DNA from: Escherichia coli
Lineage (GTDB): Bacteria > Pseudomonadota > Gammaproteobacteria > Enterobacterales > Enterobacteriaceae
Length of the DNA: 7,140 nt
Assembly (NCBI RefSeq): GCF_003334385.1
Contig: NZ_QOWN01000073.1
Strand: one strand, 5' to 3'
Shown here: one piece after another, positions 1 through 5,788 of the stretch
Numbering within the stretch: position 1 is the first letter of the stretch
How the letters are laid out: each line of letters begins with the position of its first letter
Notes under the pieces: generated by a model
Database searches by the model: none
What the model saw: the letters and a program-made list of their open reading frames with translations, nothing else
What the model was told of the DNA's origin: nothing
Made by a program: the position numbers and the translations under genes

Positions 1-32
<32 letters not shown>

Positions 33-775
33 CCATTTTTACTGTAAAACCGTGGCCAATATTACTTGACCACTACAAGTTAGCTGAGATGTTAAGCTGC
101 TGGCTGCATACACCTTGCCAAATCTAATCGCTGTTATCTTAACCAATTTCCAGGATACAAGGGGGCGATTACTGAGAATGCTCTCAGACTGTCACTCACC
201 AGATCGGATACGTTTACTGCTCAGGCGGATGCTTAATGCACTCTGTTCAGGTGCATTGCAGGTACGTTTTATGTACGCAGGTTATACGCCAGTTATCAGG
301 GATAACCCTGTGAGTACAACGCAATCTGTTGCTACTGGGTAGACTGGTCTGCTGATCACACTCACAGATTTATTTCACATATATGAACTCATGTGTTTGA
401 GCTCTCTTATATATTTATAATACCAATCAGACAGTCTTATCCCACCAGTGATACCTGTCGCCTGCCCACAGGTCACGGGCTGATGCACCACAACCGCCTT
501 CAAAAACAACTCTGCAATTATCAGAACGCCAGTTTTCCCCTTGTCTCACGAAAGTCCTCCCTCCTTTATCACGTGCGCGTGCGGAAGCATCGTTTCGCAA
601 CAATCACCCGACATACCGGTACGGCTCAGCCACCGCAATCCCCCCGTTTATCTCCTGACGGTCACATTCCCGATTATTTTTTACGTTTTTCCCCGGTTGT
701 TATGCCGGGGAAGGTGGTGCGTTGTTTTCATCACCAACGCCGGTTGAGATTAACAACATCCGGAGGAACATTTTC

Positions 776-982
776 ATGAATACCCCAGTTTCACTGATGG
801 ATGACCAGATGGTCGACATGTCGTTTATCACTCAGCTGACCGGCCTGACCGATAAATGGTTTTACAAGCTCATCAAGGATGGTGCCTTTCCTGCCCCCAT
901 CAAACTGGGCCGTAGCTCCCGATGGCTGAAAAGTGAAGTGGAAGCCTGGTTGCAGGCACGTATTACACAGTCCCGTCCGTAA
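776..982 (+). CDS. alpA: AlpA-family prophage regulatory protein (small HTH DNA-binding protein, 68 aa)
   Basis: ATG at 776 preceded by GGAGGA at 762-767 (8-nt spacer); stop TAA 980-982. Translation MNTPVSLMDDQMVDMSFITQLTGLTDKWFYKLIKDGAFPAPIKLGRSSRWLKSEVEAWLQARITQSRP has the size and single helix-turn-helix layout of AlpA/Vis-type regulators. The track ORF 722..982 adds 18 N-terminal codons with no RBS, so the internal ATG is preferred. Family call is from recall, not a search. Confidence 0.7.
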   Translation: MNTPVSLMDDQMVDMSFITQLTGLTDKWFYKLIKDGAFPAPIKLGRSSRWLKSEVEAWLQARITQSRP

Positions 983-1067
983 TTCCTGACCGTTATCCGT
1001 TCAACCGCAGCAAAGGCATGATCCGGCCCCCGGAGGCATTTTGCTGCGCGCTAAAGGAGAGAATATT

Positions 1068-1640
1068 ATGCAAAAACTTGAAAACCGGTGTGAGCTGCTG
1101 CTCATCCAGCATCAGAAATGGATGACAAACGTGACGAGGCTTATCGTCGCTCATGGAATGGGGGCTCCGCATCTTCATGGTTATCACCGCCTGACCCTGG
1201 CCCACTTTTTTCTGCCAGAAAAAGGCACCATCATCTCAGTGGCACCACAGGGACTCTATCAGGTCGTCAACCCGGGAACACCACCGTTCATTCCTGCCAT
1301 TCAGGAAGGGTTAATGACCAGCATTCAGACCCATGAAATCATGCTGCTTACACATTTTAATCTGGGCGGCGTTTTACTCAGTGAGCTACATCGTCTGGGT
1401 GAAAACCGGCTGGCAAACAGGCTGAACAGCCTGCTCCGGCGTTTCAACGATCGTGATCTCTACCACACGCTGATATGGCTGTGCTGGTATGATCTGATGT
1501 GTGCTCACTCCATGCAGCCCTGGACTGAAGAGTTAAAGCATAAATCACATGCAGAGCTTGAAAACTGGGCTGTGGCGCGCAAACGGGAAAAGCGCGAGCT
1601 GGAACTGATGATTGACGAGTACCTGTTATACGCCTGTTGA
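1068..1640 (+). CDS. hypothetical protein (190 aa), function unknown; probably co-transcribed with the AlpA-like gene
   Basis: ATG at 1068 preceded by AAGGAGA at 1054-1060 (7-nt spacer); stop TGA 1638-1640. The track ORF starts at a TTG (1041) upstream of the RBS, so the ATG is preferred. Only 85 bp separates it from the alpA stop, same strand. I do not recognise the protein; it may belong to the small proteins often found beside alpA in such islands, but that is unverified. Confidence 0.6.
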   Translation: MQKLENRCELLLIQHQKWMTNVTRLIVAHGMGAPHLHGYHRLTLAHFFLPEKGTIISVAPQGLYQVVNPGTPPFIPAIQEGLMTSIQTHEIMLLTHFNLGGVLLSELHRLGENRLANRLNSLLRRFNDRDLYHTLIWLCWYDLMCAHSMQPWTEELKHKSHAELENWAVARKREKRELELMIDEYLLYAC

Positions 1641-1678
1641 TTCATAACGCTCCCGGGCCTCCGCACACTTACTTTTCC

Positions 1679-1712
1679 TCCGTCACCCTCATGCAGAAGC
1701 GGGGGTGACGGG
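1679..1712. other. GC-rich hairpin between the convergent 190-aa and 496-aa genes (possible bidirectional terminator or processing site)
   Basis: Inverted repeat tccgtcaccc (1679-1688) / gggtgacggg (1703-1712), 9-10 bp stem with ~14-nt loop, in the 120-bp gap between the two convergent stop codons (1640 and 1761). No clear U-tract on either strand, so not a canonical intrinsic terminator. Confidence 0.3.
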
Positions 1713-1760
1713 CATACTGCGATACCACCACTGAATAATCCGTCTCAGCAACAGGGAACA

Positions 1761-3251
1761 TTATAAGCCAAAGGATTGCTCATGCCATCTTATCAGTTTC
1801 TGGCTGTAGCACGCATTCAGTTCAGGCAGCGTGATATTGTTTATTTCGGAAAGCAGGACATAGGTGGTTTTTCCTTCCTGCACGACAGAGAGCCTGAGTT
1901 GAGATGCAAGAATGTTCAGCAGGACGTTCAGCTTTTTCCTGTTCCGGAACCGGCCCGGGCCACACTGGAGAATATAATTTTTCCTGACACGGGGCGGGCA
2001 TTCTCCGCGGCACTCCTCAATGAGCCAGTCGAACAGCTCCTCGGCGTCCTTCTGCTGCAGTTCAGATTCATCAGGTAACGCAAATAATTTTTTATATTCA
2101 TCTGTGTACCACGAACTTATTACGACAGCAGACGTCATGATATCGGCAGAGATTTTCCCTTCACCCTGACTGAAATACTGCAATAACGCAGCAATTCTCG
2201 CAATGTTTTCTGTTTTTTTTGAAACATGCCCCCGAAACTGGCTTAAGGGTCCGGAAGGAGACAAATCCTGCTCCAGAACATTATAGTGATCAATAAATAT
2301 TTTTTGCGCTTCAGGAGAAAAATGCAGACAATAACGTTCATCCTTACTGGATTTTTCAATACTGCCTCTGGCCAGTTCCATTAATCGTTCATGAAATGCC
2401 GTTAATGATCCTCCCGGGGTCACAGCTCCGTTAATAAAGCGTTTCCCCTGCGTGGTGGCAGGTTTACTGATTAGACAACGGGCAAGAAAACCACTGTCCC
2501 TGGCAACAGAACCTTTTCGCTCCATATATCGGTCAAAAAGACCGGGTTGTACCATGAGGGATAATGTCATTCTAGCATTTTCAATCATCTGTTCGGGTTC
2601 ATTCTTTCTGTCCACCGACAATACGGAGCCATCCCACATTTTGTTAATAAAAGGCAGCTCAGACAGGGTATACCCATCAAATATTATACCGGCTTCATCA
2701 GACATGATACCCACTGAACGCCACTGACCACAAAGCTGATCTTTAATTGCTGCTGTCGTGGCATCATTAAAAATGAATTTATATCTTACAGGTTTTTCCC
2801 CTCTGTTTTTCTGAAGCGCTTCCAGTTGTCTGAGCGTTTCTGACTCATCCGCGCCTTTGCGGAGTTCTTTATTCAGTTTTGACAACAATGCTTTTTTCTG
2901 CGCCTTTAAAAGCTCTTCCTTATTTTTCCATATCGTCAGTTCATTTTTGTGTCTGGAATATAACAGCATCTCCTGCTGGTACAGGGGCTCCATTAATAAT
3001 TTGTCCACTGCGGTTTTTCGTTCTCCGGACTCAGCAAGCGTCAGTAAGAAAAGAGAAACCGGCCCCCGCAGTGTATTCAGTCTGCAGACATCAATCAGAT
3101 TCTGGCAGACAAGTGAAACAGCGCCCAGGGCAGATGCTGCCACAAGCCCCAGGGGAGCCTGCGTGATTTGCTGAGCTTCAATAACGGCATCACGAATGAG
3201 TGGAGGCAGCGAGCTCAGGGGAAACTCATCAGGATACTGAAAGTATGGCAT
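1761..3251 (-). CDS. P-loop NTPase-like protein, tentatively DUF3987 / YfjI-like family (~496 aa)
   Basis: Long uninterrupted minus-strand ORF in AT-rich DNA, where long chance ORFs are unlikely. Preferred start is ATG at 3251-3249 with GAGGT 5 nt upstream; the track ORF starts at GTG 3269. Stop TAA (complement of 1761-1763). Protein contains a degenerate Walker A-like LAESGERKT and a Walker B-like GIMSDEAG, plus an N-terminal PLSSLPPLIRDAVIEAQQITQAPLGLVAASALGAVSLVCQ stretch that I recall as typical of DUF3987/YfjI-like proteins. Family assignment is recall-based and unverified. Confidence 0.55.
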   Translation of the reverse strand: MPYFQYPDEFPLSSLPPLIRDAVIEAQQITQAPLGLVAASALGAVSLVCQNLIDVCRLNTLRGPVSLFLLTLAESGERKTAVDKLLMEPLYQQEMLLYSRHKNELTIWKNKEELLKAQKKALLSKLNKELRKGADESETLRQLEALQKNRGEKPVRYKFIFNDATTAAIKDQLCGQWRSVGIMSDEAGIIFDGYTLSELPFINKMWDGSVLSVDRKNEPEQMIENARMTLSLMVQPGLFDRYMERKGSVARDSGFLARCLISKPATTQGKRFINGAVTPGGSLTAFHERLMELARGSIEKSSKDERYCLHFSPEAQKIFIDHYNVLEQDLSPSGPLSQFRGHVSKKTENIARIAALLQYFSQGEGKISADIMTSAVVISSWYTDEYKKLFALPDESELQQKDAEELFDWLIEECRGECPPRVRKNYILQCGPGRFRNRKKLNVLLNILASQLRLSVVQEGKTTYVLLSEINNITLPELNACYSQKLIRWHEQSFGL

Positions 3252-3744
3252 AATGACCTCACAACACACAGAACATAAAGTACCGCAACTATTGCTACTA
3301 ATAGCAAAAATAGCAGCAGAATCAATACAGGATAAAAATTTCTGTCGATTTTCAGATTAAATAATAACCATTCGGTATTTTGTCGCTAAAGAATGTTAGA
3401 ATGAATCTGTGCGTCTACGGGCGCTCTCCGGAACACACATGTTGATTAATTTTCACACAACAACGTACCAGCAAAAAGCATCATCCAGGGTATTGCAGGT
3501 ACGGGTTTCCTGCCGGGAATAAACATAAACAGTTTCCCCGGAGTAACGCTTTCAGAAAACTGCCCTCCTGAAGAAGAATAAAATAAAGAAGATGACAGTT
3601 CCTGCACTGAATGCTGAGTACAATATTCTATGGACAGGATGACATTTTTATAAATAACAAAAACCATTTAATACTGATACATCAATAAAATACTTCCTCC
3701 CTGCTGACACAGATAAAATGCAACATTTTTTCTTCAAATACTTC

Positions 3745-3753
3745 TGTATAATC
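3745..3753 (+). promoter_or_regulatory. candidate sigma70 extended -10 element (TGTATAAT) inside the AT-rich region
   Basis: tgTATAAT at 3745-3752 on the + strand with no good -35. AT-rich DNA produces many such matches, so this is weak. Confidence 0.2.
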
Positions 3754-4084
3754 GCCAGCCAATGATGAGAATGGATTAAAATAACACTTCTTCGACAAAC
3801 ACAAAAACCAGCCTTCATTTTCACATCATCATCCAGTTTTAATTAAACCCTGACGAGCGACAGTATTTCAGTTCAGGAATTAAAAGCCAGCTATTACTCA
3901 GTAAAAACACCACCAACTAATAATATCTCAGCAGATATTTCCTGACCAGGATGACACATTTATTAAAGATTTTTAACAGGACACTTCACATTACTGAACG
4001 CTATTCCGACAGTATCACTACACAAATAAAAAAGGGAACTGGATAAATATTCATGCCGGAAGAATGGTGTAACAAAAGCATTTA

Positions 4085-4097
4085 ATCATTACGTGCG
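4085..4097. repeat. 13-bp direct repeat, copy 1 (atcattacgtgcg)
   Basis: Exact 13-mer atcattacgtgcg at 4085-4097, repeated at 4209-4221; the two copies flank the 30-bp palindrome. Confidence 0.6.
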
Positions 4098-4110
4098 TAT
4101 TCCTCTCTAT

Positions 4111-4140
4111 TCGATCACGGTTTGGCCAAACCGTGATCGA
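4111..4140. repeat. perfect 30-bp palindrome (15+15, no spacer) carrying two GATC sites
   Basis: tcgatcacggtttgg|ccaaaccgtgatcga is exactly self-complementary; GATC at 4113-4116 and 4135-4138; central TGGCCA. Read directly from the sequence. Confidence 0.9.
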
Positions 4141-4208
4141 TTCAGATGCCATTTTGCAAGTACGCATGACCCGGAAGGGAAACACTTAACAACATGGTAT
4201 CAACAGAT

Positions 4209-4221
4209 ATCATTACGTGCG
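4209..4221. repeat. 13-bp direct repeat, copy 2 (atcattacgtgcg)
   Basis: Exact second copy of the 13-mer at 4085-4097. Confidence 0.6.
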
Positions 4222-4527
4222 CACTCTTATAAAAATACACAGCAGAAGCAAGATAACTCTAAACGTAAATTTAATATCTCCCACTGACTGCCCCGACAAT
4301 ATACTGAAAAATACTCACCTCAGTAAACATAAACACACCTGATAATCAGGCTGCAAGATGAATATTTTTCTCCTTTACGGAGTAATCAGCCTGCTGTTTA
4401 ACAATAACCGCGTATTTTCATGGAAGGATATCACCCAATAACGGATAACTCCTGCCCTCCTTCATGTTAATACGCAACATCCCCATCGATTCCAAACAAT
4501 TTCAGACAGATATTATCTCCGTGAATC

Positions 4528-4567
4528 CCCCGCCACCTTTCCGGTGTGCGGGGTTTTGTCTTTTTTC
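4528..4567 (+). terminator. intrinsic (Rho-independent) terminator-like hairpin plus T-tract immediately upstream of the GTPase start codon
   Basis: Stem ccccgccacc (4528-4537) pairs with ggtgtgcgggg (4543-4553) as 10 bp with one bulged T, loop tttcc, followed by ttttgtctttttt (4554-4567). GTPase ATG is at 4583. Confidence 0.5.
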
Positions 4568-4582
4568 ACCGGGAATACATGT

Positions 4583-5455
4583 ATGAATCCGTCTGATGCC
4601 ATTGAGGCAATTGAAAAACCACTTTCTTCCCTGCCTTACTCGCTTTCCCGTCACATCCTGGAACATCTGCGCAAACTCACCAGTCACGAACCCGTGATTG
4701 GCATTATGGGTAAAAGCGGGGCCGGTAAATCCTCACTCTGTAATGCGCTGTTTCAGGGGGAGGTCACCCCGGTCAGTGATGTTCACGCCGGCACCCGGGA
4801 AGTGCGGCGCTTCCGTCTGAGTGGTCACGGTCACAGCATGGTTATCACTGACCTGCCCGGGGTGGGCGAGAGCCGGGACAGGGATGCAGAGTATGAAGCC
4901 CTGTACCGTGACATTCTGCCTGAACTGGACCTGGTGCTGTGGCTGATTAAAGCCGATGACCGGGCCCTGTCTGTGGATGAGTATTTCTGGCGACACATCC
5001 TGCAGTGCGGACATCAGCAGGTGCTGTTTGTGGTGACACAGGCCGACAAAACGGAGCCCTGCCATGAATGGGATATGGCCGGCATTCAGCCCTCTCCCGC
5101 ACAGGCACAGAACATTCGCGAAAAAACGGAGGCGGTATTCCGTCTGTTCCGGCCTGTACATCCGGTTGTGGCCGTATCGGCCCGCACCGGCTGGGAACTG
5201 GATACGCTGGTCAGTGCGCTCATGACAGCGCTTCCCGACCATGCCGCCAGTCCCCTGATGACCCGCCTGCAGGACGAGCTGCGCACGGAATCTGTCCGCG
5301 CTCAGGCCCGTGAGCAGTTTACCGGTGCGGTGGACCGGATATTTGACACAGCGGAGAGCGTCTGTGTTGCCTCTGTTGCACGCACGGTTCTGCGTGCCGT
5401 CCGTGACACAGTGGTCTCTGTTGCCCGCGCGGTATGGAACTGGATCTTCTTCTGA
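4583..5455 (+). CDS. yeeP: YeeP/YkfA/YfjP-family GTPase (50S ribosome-binding GTPase-like, 290 aa), apparently intact
   Basis: Translation MNPSDAIEAIEKPLSSLPYSLSRHILEHLRKLTSHEPVIGIMGKSGAGKSSLCNALFQGEV... contains G1/Walker A GKSGAGKSS, G3 DLPG and G4-like TQADK. I recognise the sequence as the island GTPase found directly upstream of flu. The track ORF 4544..5455 begins inside the upstream hairpin; ATG at 4583 is the more plausible start. Stop TGA 5453-5455. Confidence 0.88.
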   Translation: MNPSDAIEAIEKPLSSLPYSLSRHILEHLRKLTSHEPVIGIMGKSGAGKSSLCNALFQGEVTPVSDVHAGTREVRRFRLSGHGHSMVITDLPGVGESRDRDAEYEALYRDILPELDLVLWLIKADDRALSVDEYFWRHILQCGHQQVLFVVTQADKTEPCHEWDMAGIQPSPAQAQNIREKTEAVFRLFRPVHPVVAVSARTGWELDTLVSALMTALPDHAASPLMTRLQDELRTESVRAQAREQFTGAVDRIFDTAESVCVASVARTVLRAVRDTVVSVARAVWNWIFF

Positions 5456-5539
5456 ACCTGTTGTGGATGATGTCCTCCTTGCCTCTGAGTCTGCTCACAA
5501 AAGCGCTGTTTTCGTTACTGTCTCTCTTGTCCGTGCAAT

Positions 5540-5610
5540 AGCTTGATAATAGAATAAAACGATCGATACCTATTTTATCGATCGTTAATATCGATCGCTA
5601 TACTAATAAT
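5540..5610 (+). promoter_or_regulatory. agn43 (flu) promoter / phase-variation switch: OxyR-binding region with three Dam GATC sites
   Basis: Three CGATCG motifs with GATC at 5561-5564, 5580-5583 and 5593-5596 (spacings 19 and 13 bp), ~200 bp upstream of the flu ATG. This matches the known Dam/OxyR epigenetic switch of agn43. Exact -35/-10 and TSS cannot be fixed from sequence alone; TTGATA at 5543-5548 is a candidate -35. Confidence 0.8.
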
Positions 5611-5760
5611 AACTCCTGTTAGCAACGTGCGCAGATACACACAGACATGAGATTCAGGGAACAACAGAGCCACACGTCAGAAACTTCCGTCAGCCGGACC
5701 TCCGGCACTGTAACCCTTTACCTGCCGGTATCCACATCTGTGGATACCGGCTTTTTTATT
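5567..5760 (+). ncRNA. isrC: agn43 leader RNA / IsrC-like small RNA (prematurely terminated flu 5' leader); boundaries approximate
   Basis: The 3' end is defined by the intrinsic terminator at 5724-5760; the 5' end is assumed to be the flu TSS near the GATC cluster. From memory, an sRNA (IsrC) is annotated in the yeeP-flu intergenic region of E. coli K-12; coordinates here are inferred, not verified. Confidence 0.4.
5724..5760 (+). terminator. intrinsic terminator in the flu leader, ~30 nt upstream of the flu start codon
   Basis: Perfect 12-bp stem gccggtatccac (5724-5735) / gtggataccggc (5740-5751), loop atct, followed by ttttttatt (5752-5760). Confidence 0.75.
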
Positions 5761-5788
5761 CACCCTCACTCTGATTAAGGAAATGCTG

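Noticed and set aside
115-779. ORFs 115..342 (+, TTG start), 393..779 (+) and 541..747 (+) upstream of alpA
   Set aside because: No Shine-Dalgarno sequences; they overlap one another and the alpA start; the translations look non-protein-like. More likely non-coding or decayed sequence.
993-1336. ORFs 993..1205 (-) and 1118..1336 (+)
   Set aside because: They overlap the 190-aa CDS (1068..1640) in other frames or on the other strand; no independent support.
1776-3174. Plus-strand ORFs 1776..2078, 2452..2727, 2857..3174, 2879..3166 and minus-strand 1822..2013
   Set aside because: They overlap the 496-aa minus-strand gene, which is much longer and has a proper start with RBS.
3446-3667. 73-aa minus-strand ORF in the AT-rich region
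   Set aside because: ATG start but no recognisable RBS; unrecognised translation; AT-rich DNA readily yields ORFs of this size by chance. Cannot be excluded without expression data.
4093-4287. 64-aa ORF with GTG start spanning the 30-bp palindrome and both 13-bp repeats
   Set aside because: No RBS and a non-ATG start, and it runs straight through the palindrome and repeat structure, which are better explained as DNA or RNA elements.
4358-4441. 27-codon small ORF MNIFLLYGVISLLFNNNRVFSWKDITQ considered as a possible type I toxin-like small membrane peptide
   Set aside because: The hydrophobic stretch is only ~12 residues, too short for a transmembrane helix; the RBS is weak (AGG only); no antisense RNA partner is evident. 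Kept as a very low-probability candidate.
4733-5546. ORFs overlapping the GTPase gene: 4733..5242 (-), 5086..5286 (-), 5068..5313 (+), 5310..5546 (+), and 4502..4687 (-)
   Set aside because: All are antisense or out of frame relative to the well-supported GTPase CDS, or sit in its 3' flank with no RBS. Arg/Gly-rich translations are typical of GC-rich shadow frames.
5783-5785. Alternative flu start at ATG 5783 (MLMKRH...)
   Set aside because: AAGGA at 5777-5781 is only 1 nt from this ATG but 7 nt from ATG 5789, and MKRHLNTCYRLVW is the recognised Ag43 N-terminus.
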